Shown in pieces: positions 30,521 through 40,703 of a stretch of DNA of 64,000 nucleotides (within the stretch, counting starts at the first letter, position 1; each line of letters opens with the position of its first letter). Made by a program: the position numbers and the translations under genes. The DNA is taken from positions 1-64,000 of the forward strand of contig CAWBCJ010000029.1 in the NCBI GenBank assembly GCA_963787255.1, read 5' to 3'. The notes under the pieces were generated by a model. The model was not told the DNA's origin. It saw only the letters and a list, made by a program, of their open reading frames with translations, and did no database searches. Source of the DNA: Methanobacteriota archaeon (lineage in GTDB: Archaea > Methanobacteriota > Methanobacteria > Methanobacteriales > Methanobacteriaceae).

Positions 30521-32047
30521 ATGAAATTAATATTTAAACACCTGCACCCGCTATTCATTCTTCTTCCGGCAATAACCGCATTTTTAATAACTCTAATACC
30601 CACGTTAAATTATGGGTGGCCTTTGAGTTGGGACATCATATTCCATGTAGGTTATGCACAAAACTACAGCCAATATGGGCTTATTTTACAAAAGAGCTAT
30701 CCGCCACTATTCCATTTATTAATAGCCGCTTTAGGTAATCTCTTTAATTCAGATTATTTCCAAATTGCCAGATTTTTACAACCAGTTATAGCAATGGCAA
30801 TTGTATTATCAGTTACATATATATCAAAAAAGCTTTATGGAGATTTAGTAGGGATTTCTGCTGGATTTTTAATGATATCTAGTTATATAATTTTTAGAAT
30901 TATGTTACCTATTCCTGAAAATTTGGCTATTATATTTTTTTCATTTTCAATATACTTCTATTACTTATCCCTAAGCAAAAAAATATTAAAATATGCATTA
31001 ATAGCAGGAATATTACTAATTTTAGTTATTTCAACTCATTTAGCAGCTGTAATCTGTTTATTAGTAGTAATAACATCATTTACACTAATAGATTTGATTA
31101 TAAGTAAAAAAATGTCAACTCTAAAACATTTTAGCGCTTTTTTTCTTCCATTAATTATTTTAATTATTGCAGGGGCATTTATGCTTCTTTTATTTAAATC
31201 AGAAATATTAAATAACATAATGCAGCAAGGACTATTTAATTTCATGGGTTTTTCCACTTCACTTTCCTTTACCCGCGCTCTCAGTATTTATGGATATCTT
31301 AAATATTTTGGAATACTTTTATCACTTTTTGCCATTATTGGATGTATTTTTACAGTGAAGAATAGAGATAAAAAGAATATTTTCATATTAACTTGGATAA
31401 CTTCTCTATTTTTACTAAGTGTCTCATATTTATTTGGAATTAATGTTGAATCAGATAGAGTTTTAATTTATATACTTATTCCTCTATCGATATTGGGTGG
31501 TTATGGTTTAGTAAGATTTTATTCGACTTTAGAAGGAAGTGGATATTTTAATTCTTCTCGAATTAAATACGTATTTTTAATAACTATATTCTTATTATCT
31601 TTAGTTTCAGGTATATCTACTGCTGAAAAGTCTTTTACATTTAATGCTCAAAGTAAATTTGGAAGTGTGCAAATTGCTCCACCAAGTCCTTCAGAGTTTG
31701 ATCTAGCGAATTGGCTTAATGTAAATGGTGATCAGAATAAAAAAGTTATTATATCTAATACCTATTCAGGTACCCTTTTAAATGTAATAACTAATATGAC
31801 CATACTAAATTTCGAAAATTTTAATAAAAATATATCAAAATCAATTTTAGATTCAGAAAATATTGGATATGTTATATTTGATAAACGATTGACAGTTCCA
31901 TCCGAAAATGAAACATTATATTTTGTAGATGGAGGATCAGGACTTTTCTATTATAGCGGCGACATTCATATAACAGCTTTTGAGGTTATTCCAGATTCTG
32001 CAGTTGTTGCATATGAAAACAGCGACTTTATTGTTTTTCAATTATAG
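30521..32047 (+). CDS. Multi-pass membrane protein, GT-C glycosyltransferase-like
   Basis: PLSWDIIFH and YPPLFH in the first loop, more than 10 TM helices, and a C-terminal soluble domain; very AT-rich. Confidence 0.65.
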   Translation: MKLIFKHLHPLFILLPAITAFLITLIPTLNYGWPLSWDIIFHVGYAQNYSQYGLILQKSYPPLFHLLIAALGNLFNSDYFQIARFLQPVIAMAIVLSVTYISKKLYGDLVGISAGFLMISSYIIFRIMLPIPENLAIIFFSFSIYFYYLSLSKKILKYALIAGILLILVISTHLAAVICLLVVITSFTLIDLIISKKMSTLKHFSAFFLPLIILIIAGAFMLLLFKSEILNNIMQQGLFNFMGFSTSLSFTRALSIYGYLKYFGILLSLFAIIGCIFTVKNRDKKNIFILTWITSLFLLSVSYLFGINVESDRVLIYILIPLSILGGYGLVRFYSTLEGSGYFNSSRIKYVFLITIFLLSLVSGISTAEKSFTFNAQSKFGSVQIAPPSPSEFDLANWLNVNGDQNKKVIISNTYSGTLLNVITNMTILNFENFNKNISKSILDSENIGYVIFDKRLTVPSENETLYFVDGGSGLFYYSGDIHITAFEVIPDSAVVAYENSDFIVFQL

Positions 32048-32196
32048 AAAATAATTATTTTAGGATTTTTTTTTATTTTCTTAAAATAATAAATTAATTA
32101 TCTTCCTTATCTTTTCAGAGATATTTATAAGGCAGTTAAGACTAAATATATTGAGATACTAAATTTTCGAATTCAAACTTATTGTGAGGGGCATTT

Positions 32197-33918
32197 ATGA
32201 AAAAGATAAAGATCATTGAAACAGCATTCAGAGATGCACATCAATCTCTACTTGCAACAAGAATGAGAACACGAGACATGTTGCCAATCGCTGAAGAGAT
32301 GGATAAAGTGGGATATTTCTCAATGGAGGTGTGGGGAGGTGCCACATTCGATACTTGTATACGATACTTGAACGAAGACCCGTGGGAAAGACTCAGACAG
32401 CTTAAAGAACATATAACAAAAACACCGCTTCAAATGCTGCTTCGAGGGCAAAACCTGGTAGGTTACAAGCATTACCCTGATGATATAGTTAGAAAATTCG
32501 TGGAAAAGTCCTATGAAAACGGTGTTGACGTTTTTAGAATATTCGACGCGCTTAACGATATAAGAAACATGGAATACGCCATTAAAGTGGCTAAAGAACA
32601 GGATGCTCATGTTCAGGCAGTAATATCATATACTGTAAGTCCCTACCACACATTGGATAAGTATGTGGAATTTACAAGAGAATTAGAAGCATTAGGATGC
32701 GATTCAGTGGCCATAAAGGATATGGCTGGATTAATATCACCCCATGACACTTATGAACTTGTGAAAACTCTTAAAGAAGAAACTGATTTAATAGTTAATC
32801 TTCATTGTCACTGCACAAGTGGAATGACCCCAATGAGTTACTACGCCGCATGTCAGGCAGGTGTGGACCTTTTAGACACTGCAATATCACCACTTTCATG
32901 GGGAGCATCACAACCACCCACAGAAAGTATGGTGGCAGCACTACAAGGCACTCCATATGATACAGAACTTGATTTAAAACTTTTGACATATATTAAAAAG
33001 TATTTTGAAGAGATACGCAAAAAATACAGCGGAATAATTGACCCAATCTCTGAAAAAGTGGATACTGAAGTTCTTATTTACCAGATTCCAGGTGGAATGC
33101 TTTCAAACTTTGTATCACAGCTAAAAGTACAGAATGCGCTTGATAAATACGAAGAAGTGCTGGAAGAAGTGCCAAGAGTCAGGAAAGATCTTGGATATCC
33201 ACCCCTAGTAACTCCAACAAGCCAGATAGTTGGAATTCAAGCAGTTATGAATGTGCTAGATGGTGAAAGGTATAAACGAGCCTCCAAAGAAGTTAAAGAT
33301 TATCTAAAAGGATACTATGGGAAACCACCAGCTCCAGTTGACGAAGATATCAGAAAGAAAATCATTGGAGATGAAGAACCAATAACCGTAAGGCCTGGAG
33401 ATCTACTTGAGCCTGAATTTGAAAAATATAAAGAAGAAGGGGAAAAATTAGGAATTATCAAAAAAGAAGAGGATATTTTAACTTACGCCCTTTACCCTGC
33501 AGTTGCCCCTAAATTCTTAAGAGGAGAAGCAGAAGAAGAGCCTCTTAAACCCCCAAAAGATGAATCAACCTGCGAAACACCATCAGGCGTTCCAACAGAA
33601 TACGCTGTTGATGTTGATGGCGAAGTATTCAATGTCAAGGTTCTTCCTGTGGGTTACATGGAAATTGAAAGCACTGGAAGCATTCAAAAGCCTACAGGGC
33701 CTGTTGAAGGTGGTATAACATCCACGATGCAGGGAATGATTCTTAAACTCAAGGTAGACGAAGGAGATAAAGTTAATGATGGAGATGTAGTAGCTGTTTT
33801 AGAAGCCATGAAAATGGAGAACGATATTCATGCTCCAGGTTCGGGAACTGTAAAAGAAATCTTCATTAAAGAAGGAGATACTGTTAATGCCGGCGATACA
33901 TTAATGGTTATTAAATAA
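32197..33918 (+). CDS. pycB: Pyruvate carboxylase subunit B (carboxyltransferase plus biotin carrier)
   Basis: RDAHQSLLATR, WGGATFD, IKDMAG, HCH and LEAMKM biotinylation motifs. Confidence 0.93.
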   Translation: MKKIKIIETAFRDAHQSLLATRMRTRDMLPIAEEMDKVGYFSMEVWGGATFDTCIRYLNEDPWERLRQLKEHITKTPLQMLLRGQNLVGYKHYPDDIVRKFVEKSYENGVDVFRIFDALNDIRNMEYAIKVAKEQDAHVQAVISYTVSPYHTLDKYVEFTRELEALGCDSVAIKDMAGLISPHDTYELVKTLKEETDLIVNLHCHCTSGMTPMSYYAACQAGVDLLDTAISPLSWGASQPPTESMVAALQGTPYDTELDLKLLTYIKKYFEEIRKKYSGIIDPISEKVDTEVLIYQIPGGMLSNFVSQLKVQNALDKYEEVLEEVPRVRKDLGYPPLVTPTSQIVGIQAVMNVLDGERYKRASKEVKDYLKGYYGKPPAPVDEDIRKKIIGDEEPITVRPGDLLEPEFEKYKEEGEKLGIIKKEEDILTYALYPAVAPKFLRGEAEEEPLKPPKDESTCETPSGVPTEYAVDVDGEVFNVKVLPVGYMEIESTGSIQKPTGPVEGGITSTMQGMILKLKVDEGDKVNDGDVVAVLEAMKMENDIHAPGSGTVKEIFIKEGDTVNAGDTLMVIK

Positions 33919-33961
33919 ATCCTCATTTTTAATTCTTTTTATTTATTTCAGGTGGATTATT

Positions 33962-34651
33962 TTGAAAAAATCAGATAAAGTAAAGGCGCATTTTGAAGAA
34001 GAAGCCGTAGAATTCGACGAACTCATATTAAAATTAATTCCTTATTATGAAGAAATGATTAATGCATTAATCAGCTCAATTCCTTTTGATAAAGATGATT
34101 CAATTAAAGTAATGGATCTTGGATGTGGTACTGGAACAGTAACTAAACTTTTAAAGGATAAATTCGAAGATGCAAATGTAACATGTCTTGATTTAGCTGA
34201 AAATATGATTGAAATGGCTAAAATAAAATTAAATGAATATAAAGATATAGATTACATTACAGGTGATTTTTACCACTTCAATTTCCCCGAAAAATATGAT
34301 GTGATTGTTTCTTCCCTTGCACTACACCATCTTGTAACAGGTGAAGATAAAAAAGAATTTTATGCAAAAATATACAAAGCATTAAATCCTAGCGGATTAT
34401 TTTTAAATGCAGACGTAATATTAGGTTCAAATAACTATTTACAGGAATTATATCTAGAAAAATGGAAAGAATTCATGAATCAGAATGTTAGCATGGAAGA
34501 AATTGAAAAAAAATGGATTCCTGCAGCAAAGGAGGAAGATCATCCTGCAAAATTAGTTGATCAGCTTGATTGGCTTCAGAATATCGGTTTTAAAGATGTT
34601 GACGTAATCTGGAAGTATTACGGCGGTGCAGTTTACGGAGGATATAAATAA
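33962..34651 (+). CDS. Class I SAM-dependent methyltransferase
   Basis: MDLGCGTG and YDVIVSSLALHHL motifs. Confidence 0.9.
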   Translation: MKKSDKVKAHFEEEAVEFDELILKLIPYYEEMINALISSIPFDKDDSIKVMDLGCGTGTVTKLLKDKFEDANVTCLDLAENMIEMAKIKLNEYKDIDYITGDFYHFNFPEKYDVIVSSLALHHLVTGEDKKEFYAKIYKALNPSGLFLNADVILGSNNYLQELYLEKWKEFMNQNVSMEEIEKKWIPAAKEEDHPAKLVDQLDWLQNIGFKDVDVIWKYYGGAVYGGYK

Positions 34652-34654
34652 TAA

Positions 34655-35350
34655 CTAAAGATCTAAAATTCCATATTCAGTTTCATCTTCAATTTTTGCC
34701 TCTTTAAAGGCTCTTTTACGCCTCATACACGATTCGCAAGCACCGCAGTGTTCTTCTTTCCCCATATAACATGAATAGCTCAAATTCATAGGTACATTTA
34801 ACTTAGAGCCCATTTTAACAATTTCATCTTTATTCATATTTATTACTGGAGCTTTAATTTGAACTCCGTCAAGTGTACCAATTTCCAATACTTTATTAAA
34901 TGCATCTAAGAATTCTTTTGAGTTATCAGGAAATGTAACTGCTTCTTCAAGATCCCAACCTACGATAATAATTTTTGCTTCTTCGGCTTCTGCAAATGAG
35001 GTCGCTATGGCCGTAAATACTACATTTCGCCCAGGAACCCATACTTTTCTTGCTGTTTCGTCGCAGATTTGTTTATTATCAAGTTCATCTGCTTTTAGTT
35101 CTGGAATCTCAGCATCAGAAGTTAGTGCTGATTTTCCAAGCTTTTTAAGCCATGGAAGTTCTATAACTGTATGTTCAACGCCTAATTTTTTACATATCGC
35201 TTTAGAAGAATCTATTTCCATTCTGGCACTTCGTTGACCATAATTAAATGTTATAGCATGAATTTTATATTTATCACTGTAATATCCTGTTGCTACTGTT
35301 GAATCAAGTCCTCCTGAGAGAACGGATATTGCTTTTGGTTTATCGGTCAT
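34655..35350 (-). CDS. queC: 7-cyano-7-deazaguanine synthase
   Basis: SGGLDS, FNYGQR, VPGRN, FPD and SYSCY...HCGACESC. Confidence 0.95.
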   Translation of the reverse strand: MTDKPKAISVLSGGLDSTVATGYYSDKYKIHAITFNYGQRSARMEIDSSKAICKKLGVEHTVIELPWLKKLGKSALTSDAEIPELKADELDNKQICDETARKVWVPGRNVVFTAIATSFAEAEEAKIIIVGWDLEEAVTFPDNSKEFLDAFNKVLEIGTLDGVQIKAPVINMNKDEIVKMGSKLNVPMNLSYSCYMGKEEHCGACESCMRRKRAFKEAKIEDETEYGILDL

Positions 35351-35386
35351 ATTTAATCACTGTTTAGATTATATCTTATGATTTTC

Positions 35387-36028
35387 TTAACATAATTTGT
35401 ATATTTGCATTCCTAATTTCATCAAATATCCTCTAAGTTCCTCAAAGTTCTTCTGCAACATTCGATCATATCTTTTAATGGTTGATGAGATGTCGTGTGC
35501 TTCAATATTGGTAGTTTTATAATTTTCTCTACTTTTTATCTGTTCATTAATCTTATTTGCATGCATGTCAATATCTCTAATTTTAAGGAGAAGTTCTGAC
35601 TTTTTAATTTCATCAGGTAAAATATTAACAATTATTATCTCCCAAAATCCAGTTTTAAGGGGCATTAAGGGCTTTAAAATTAACTTATTCCTTTTTGGGC
35701 TTTCAGAAAATTTATTGTCTTCTATTAATTCCAGTTCTTCGTCGATAATGTTCTGGTTATACCCTAATATCTGTAAATTGTATTCCAATTCATTTTTAAC
35801 TGCTATTAATGCTTTTCTTTCAACCTTTTTCTTATTATGTTCTCTCCAACCCATTGTTGTTAGAACTGCGATTACAGCAGTTAAAGGAACAATTAAAATC
35901 CTGACAATTGCATTAAATTCGCCGACTAAAATAGCAATTACGAGCAAAATTATTAAAATAGCAGCAAAAATACCAGCTATCCACCAAATATGTTCAAGAA
36001 GCCATTTCATCATATCACCCTTTTTCAA
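35387..36028 (-). CDS. Hypothetical 2-TM protein with a helical soluble domain
   Basis: 213-aa ORF overlapping the larC stop; GGTGA RBS before the ATG near 36013. Confidence 0.7.
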   Translation of the reverse strand: MKKGDMMKWLLEHIWWIAGIFAAILIILLVIAILVGEFNAIVRILIVPLTAVIAVLTTMGWREHNKKKVERKALIAVKNELEYNLQILGYNQNIIDEELELIEDNKFSESPKRNKLILKPLMPLKTGFWEIIIVNILPDEIKKSELLLKIRDIDMHANKINEQIKSRENYKTTNIEAHDISSTIKRYDRMLQKNFEELRGYLMKLGMQIYKLC

Positions 36029-37230
36029 TATTTATCCATTAATTTCTTAAATGTTTCATTGGCCCTTTTCATAACGTCCTTTAAAGGTATGCCTGTTTCA
36101 TCAGCAATTCTTTTTGCATCCTCATATTCTGGGCTGTAATTAATTATGTCTTCTCCAATTTTTCCAATTTTAATATTTATTTCATGGCCTATTTCACCAA
36201 TATAAATTTTTATAGGTGTAATTTCTCTTGTTACTATGTTTCGGTGAACATAAGGCAATATTCTAACTCCAAGTGTACCTGTTTCTCGTATTATGGCTTC
36301 TGCAACATTATTAGAGTCTCCAGGTCTGGCTATAACTCTTAAAAGATGTCCAGGTCTGTTTTTTTTCATTAATAATGGAACTACCGCAACGTCAAGTGCA
36401 CCTGCATCTAAAAGCTTATCAAATGTGTGTCCAATAACTTCTCCAGTAACATTGTCAAGATTTGTTTCCAGAATACTGATTTTATCTGTTGGAACTCCTA
36501 AATTACCAGATATTACTCTTAAGACGTTGGGAACATTTAGATTTAACTTTCCGGCACCATAACCTATTTTTTTATTGCTTATTAATGGGTAAAATTCGCA
36601 GGTTTCATCTACCATATTCACATAAAGTGCTGCTCCTGTTGGAGTTGTAAGTTCATGTTCTTCTGGTCCGCCAAATATCGGGACATTTTTCAATATTTCA
36701 AGAGTTGCTGGGGCTGGAACGCTTAAATTTCCATGTTTACTTTTTAGTCTTCCACCTCCAAGCGCGATGGGCATTCCATAGACTTTTTTATTATGAAATC
36801 CAAGATTATGGAAACAAAAGGCGGATCCTATAATGTCTGCAACTGCATCTGCGGCACCAACTTCGTGGAAATGGACTTTATCCAAAGAGGTTCCGTGAAC
36901 TTTCGCTTCAGCCTCTGCAAGAGTTTTAAAAACTCCTTTAGAGAATTTAAGCATATAATTATTGATTTTTTCATGCTTAATTTTGTCCAATCTTTCTAAC
37001 AGTTCTTTATATTTAATTAATCCTTCGTCACTTGATTTAATCGCTGCGTAGGATGCAGAGATGCCGGATTTTTGGATTTTATTTATTTTTACGCTTAAAT
37101 CTCCAAAATAAGAGGCATAATGTTCCATTATATCTATAGCGCCTTCGGTATCTGCTCCAATATCTATAAGTGCCCCTAAAACCATGTTTCCTGAAATTCC
37201 TGAGTTTTGTGGGTCTAAAATTATTGCCAT
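36025..37230 (-). CDS. larC: Nickel pincer cofactor biosynthesis protein LarC
   Basis: [48 protein letters not shown] and PEYED. Confidence 0.93.
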   Translation of the reverse strand: MAIILDPQNSGISGNMVLGALIDIGADTEGAIDIMEHYASYFGDLSVKINKIQKSGISASYAAIKSSDEGLIKYKELLERLDKIKHEKINNYMLKFSKGVFKTLAEAEAKVHGTSLDKVHFHEVGAADAVADIIGSAFCFHNLGFHNKKVYGMPIALGGGRLKSKHGNLSVPAPATLEILKNVPIFGGPEEHELTTPTGAALYVNMVDETCEFYPLISNKKIGYGAGKLNLNVPNVLRVISGNLGVPTDKISILETNLDNVTGEVIGHTFDKLLDAGALDVAVVPLLMKKNRPGHLLRVIARPGDSNNVAEAIIRETGTLGVRILPYVHRNIVTREITPIKIYIGEIGHEINIKIGKIGEDIINYSPEYEDAKRIADETGIPLKDVMKRANETFKKLMDKY

Positions 37231-37653
37231 TATATCACTAAATCTTTAAATTACTTTTAAATCGGTTTATTTTATTTACTATTTTCTCTTGATTTTATTT
37301 ATAATTCCAAATCTTATTTATATATTTATTTTAGTCCATTCTGATTAAACTATGTATAAAAATTTAAATTTCTTTTTACCATTATTTTTTAATTGTCAAT
37401 TAAATCAGATTAAACCTAAAAATTATTATCTTCAATGTTAAGGAAGAATAAGAAAAGTATTAATAATTTAAATATACATATTAAGTTATAGGCATTTTCC
37501 AATAACTTAAACATAAAAAATTAAGGAAAACTAATGAAAACACAGAAAGATATAGGCTATTCTAACAAATTCATACTAGTAAAACCTTTCAAACTTTAAA
37601 AAACTAACATAAACTTAATATCATCGATAAATAATTTTATAAATATTTCAAAT

Positions 37654-38103
37654 GTGGTGGTTAGATTGAATGGTAATGCAGTAGAAATATTATTGGTTGA
37701 AGACAACCCTGCAGATGCGCGGCTGGTAAAGGAAGCTTTCAAACATTCTAAAATTAAAACTAAAATTTACGTGGCTGAAGACGGTTTTGAAGCCATGAAG
37801 TTTCTAAAAAATGAAGAAAGATACGCTGAAGAATCCAAACCAGATATTATTTTATTAGACCTAAATTTACCTCGTAAAGACGGGCGTGAAGTTTTAAAAG
37901 AGATTAAAGAGAATGAATATTTAAAGTTAATACCGGTAGTTATTTTAACAACTTCCCTTGCTGAAGAAGACATTATAAACACCTATAAAAACAATGCAAA
38001 CTGCTATATAACAAAACCTGTTGATTTAGACCAATTTATTAGTGTTATAAGATCAATACAGGACTTCTGGCTGAGTAAAGTTGAATTACCGGGCAATATG
38101 TGA
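37654..38103 (+). CDS. Single-domain response regulator (Rcp1-like)
   Basis: [32 protein letters not shown] and FWL motifs. Confidence 0.92.
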   Translation: MVVRLNGNAVEILLVEDNPADARLVKEAFKHSKIKTKIYVAEDGFEAMKFLKNEERYAEESKPDIILLDLNLPRKDGREVLKEIKENEYLKLIPVVILTTSLAEEDIINTYKNNANCYITKPVDLDQFISVIRSIQDFWLSKVELPGNM

Positions 38104-38187
38104 ATATTATGATAATAATTTAAAATCTTACCATAAATATTTAATTTTGATTAATTTAAAAAGATTATATTTAAAAAAATAGTATAT

Positions 38188-38208
38188 AAAGCTGTAATTT
38201 ACAGCTTT
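38188..38208. terminator. Perfect inverted repeat between convergent genes
   Basis: AAAGCTGTAA-T-TTACAGCTTT. Confidence 0.55.
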
Positions 38209-38720
38209 TAAGAAATTGCTTTTTTCAATTCTTCTAATTTTTGTTTACTAATTCTGTATTTTTTATTGTCCATTACTATTTCAATGTATTCTTCTTCTTC
38301 AAATTGCGCATTTACTTTCTGGACATTTTCCAATGGTTTTTGAACTGTCGGTTCTTTTGTAGGTATCAAATATAGTCCTCTGTGATCGTGAGATTTCCCA
38401 TGCGCTAAACAGTAATCTACATCACATTTTGTGCAGTACCATAGGCCTTCTGGACTGGTCCAGGATATTGAGCCTTGTTCGAATGTTAGTGTACCCTTTG
38501 AATGGCAGTTAGGACAATAGTTTTTATATACTTTTGTGTGATGTAGTCTATCAGTCATCAAACTGCAGCTACATACTCCTGTTGCTTTAACATATTCTTT
38601 TGTGACTTTAACATTATAAGCACCGATTCCATGTTCTGCTGCTGAAGATGGAGCCGCAAACATAAAAGCTGAAATTAAAAACAGCGCTAAAATCGTGCTA
38701 ACCTTAAGTAGTCTCTTAAT
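38208..38720 (-). CDS. Secreted Cys/His-rich (putative zinc-binding) protein, probable ATT start
   Basis: The signal peptide IKRLLKVSTILALFLISAFMFAAPSSAA begins at an ATT 7 nt after GAGGAGTG; CSC, NYCPNC, PEG..YCTKCDVDYC..H motifs. Confidence 0.7.
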   Translation of the reverse strand: MKRLLKVSTILALFLISAFMFAAPSSAAEHGIGAYNVKVTKEYVKATGVCSCSLMTDRLHHTKVYKNYCPNCHSKGTLTFEQGSISWTSPEGLWYCTKCDVDYCLAHGKSHDHRGLYLIPTKEPTVQKPLENVQKVNAQFEEEEYIEIVMDNKKYRISKQKLEELKKAIS

Positions 38721-38742
38721 ATAATCACACTCCTCATTTTTT

Positions 38743-38813
38743 TGGTTCGGCTTTTTGACATTGCCACTAGGTTTTGGTAACCTTGAACCAGTTGGAGCAT
38801 AATTAACACCTCC
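38743..38813 (-). promoter_or_regulatory. Structured 5' leader (candidate cis-regulatory RNA) containing an upstream RBS and ATG
   Basis: GC-rich island with pairings UGGUUC/GAACCA, AGGUU/AACCU and GGC/GCC; GGAGGTG plus ATG at 38800. Confidence 0.45.
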
Positions 38814-38824
38814 GCATAAGACTA

Positions 38825-38869
38825 GTATTACTTTTTTATTATTTGTAATACTTTATATATAAATATTAC
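38825..38869. promoter_or_regulatory. TATA box bracketed by operator-like inverted repeats
   Basis: GTATTAC-N13-GTAATAC (38825-38851), then GTAATA-N13-TATTAC enclosing TTTATATATAAA. Confidence 0.6.
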
Positions 38870-39190
38870 GAAAAGTTACCGTGAAATTATGCAATTTTTC
38901 GGCCTAATTTTTATTATTAAAATTAGAAAACGGGAACTATAATGTAAATATTTTTTAATATATAAATTTTTCGCTTAAATAATAAATAATGTCATAAAAT
39001 CAATATTTATGAATAAATTAAGCTTAATAACACTTATTAAATAAAACAAGCTTTAAATATAATATATTATAACATAAAAAGCATAAATAGAAGTTTTTAA
39101 TAATTTAAAGGAAATAAATTAGAATAAGAACAAAAATAACAAATAAATTAGCTACAATAAAATAAAAATGCAATTAATGGAGAACTATAT

Positions 39191-39520
39191 TCAGTTTCCG
39201 CTTCCAATAATTATCCGACGTATTGGAACTTCCAGTATGGTGTATTTTTCCCCTTTAAGTGCTTCCTGGACTGATTTAACTATTCTATCAACCCTTTCTT
39301 CCTCTACAACACTACAAACAAGAATTGCATCCTTTGCGTGATCCCTTATCATTGCTATTGCTGATTTAGGATCCTCCTTAATGGAAAATCCTTTCCAATC
39401 CTGGGGAGACATTCCCTTATATTCTAGAATATAAAATCCAGTGATTCCAGCATCTGTCAAAGCATTCATTGCTTTTCCCAAATTTTCGATCTCAACAAAG
39501 ACCCTAAGATGAACCTTCAT
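39191..39520 (-). CDS. MJ1244-like methanogen protein with a PII-like fold
   Basis: [31 protein letters not shown]; 109 aa with a GlnB-like beta-alpha-beta pattern. Confidence 0.65.
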   Translation of the reverse strand: MKVHLRVFVEIENLGKAMNALTDAGITGFYILEYKGMSPQDWKGFSIKEDPKSAIAMIRDHAKDAILVCSVVEEERVDRIVKSVQEALKGEKYTILEVPIRRIIIGSGN

Positions 39521-39626
39521 ATGACCAACCTCTAATACATTATATTAATCTCATATAGTATAATACTGATGATATATTAAAAAACATGTAATTAGTTAAA
39601 ATAGTAATTTTACAAATGGTGATCTA

Positions 39627-40700
39627 ATGAATTCAAATATCTGCATTAGGGATGCCTCTTTTTCTAATAAAAAGGACCACATTATCATTGAAAGAGAAAA
39701 AGGGCTATTATCTATAAGTAATTCAAATAATAATGGTTTTAGTGATATTAAAACAATAATAGTACATTCATTTAATGAAAATGATGAAAAAACGGATGAA
39801 GATCCTTATGAATATATAAATAAGTTTCTAGAAAATGAAAATCTAACTCTTCCTTCAGCTGTTATGCTAACAAGCGCAGATATTGAACATTATGTCATTG
39901 AAACATTAGATTATGTCACTGCGATAGTAACTGCCCATAATTCAAATTTGCATGGTGCTGGAGAACTACAAGAGAAAGGTAAAAAAAGTAACGTTGGATC
40001 CATAAATATCATACTGCTTGTAAATAAAGATTTAAATTACAAAGCCCTAATGCAAGCATATTCAAAAGCAGTAGAGGCCAAAACCTCCTCATTGTGGGAT
40101 TTAGATGTAAGAAGCGCTTCATGGGACCTTGCTTCTGGAAACAATGAAGATGCTTTGATAGTGGCTTGCACAGGAAAAAGTGATGAAGAAATTGATGATT
40201 CAGAACTTCAATATTTAGTTGGAAAGTGTGTGAGAAAAGCCTTAGGAAATGCAATGCTAAAAAGCGGTTTTTCAAAGAATGTTTTAGATTTTATTGAAGG
40301 TATTGGAATAAAAATAGATGATCTTGTAGAAGCAGGAATGAAACTCTGCGTTGGAGTGGAAATAAATGAAGAACTCCATGATAAAATCCAAGAGCAGATA
40401 TTAAAATCTCTGGGAGATTTAAACGTTGTATCATTCATAATCGCCGGAATACGGCTTGAAGAGGATTACATGAAACATCGTGTGGAAGGAGTTAACGTTG
40501 ATGATGATCCAGCTTATCTATATTCAGATGAGGTTTTTGGAATGTCAATAGCCAATCAAATTGCTGGAACAAAAGCAATATTCAATTTTAAAAGGTATGA
40601 CGAGGAAAAACCAGGTATAATCGGCGAACTTGGCCCTGTACTTGATGATGTTTTTGCAGGGCTTGTTGCTGGCTGCATGTCTAAAATTTTTGAGGAATAG
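39627..40700 (+). CDS. CbiZ-like amidohydrolase fused to a CobZ/PgpA-like alpha-ribazole phosphatase domain (CbiS-like)
   Basis: GSINII...EAK...ASGNNEDA (CbiZ-like) and [29 protein letters not shown]...LDD (PgpA-like); directly before cobS. Confidence 0.75.
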   Translation: MNSNICIRDASFSNKKDHIIIEREKGLLSISNSNNNGFSDIKTIIVHSFNENDEKTDEDPYEYINKFLENENLTLPSAVMLTSADIEHYVIETLDYVTAIVTAHNSNLHGAGELQEKGKKSNVGSINIILLVNKDLNYKALMQAYSKAVEAKTSSLWDLDVRSASWDLASGNNEDALIVACTGKSDEEIDDSELQYLVGKCVRKALGNAMLKSGFSKNVLDFIEGIGIKIDDLVEAGMKLCVGVEINEELHDKIQEQILKSLGDLNVVSFIIAGIRLEEDYMKHRVEGVNVDDDPAYLYSDEVFGMSIANQIAGTKAIFNFKRYDEEKPGIIGELGPVLDDVFAGLVAGCMSKIFEE

Positions 40701-40703
40701 AAA

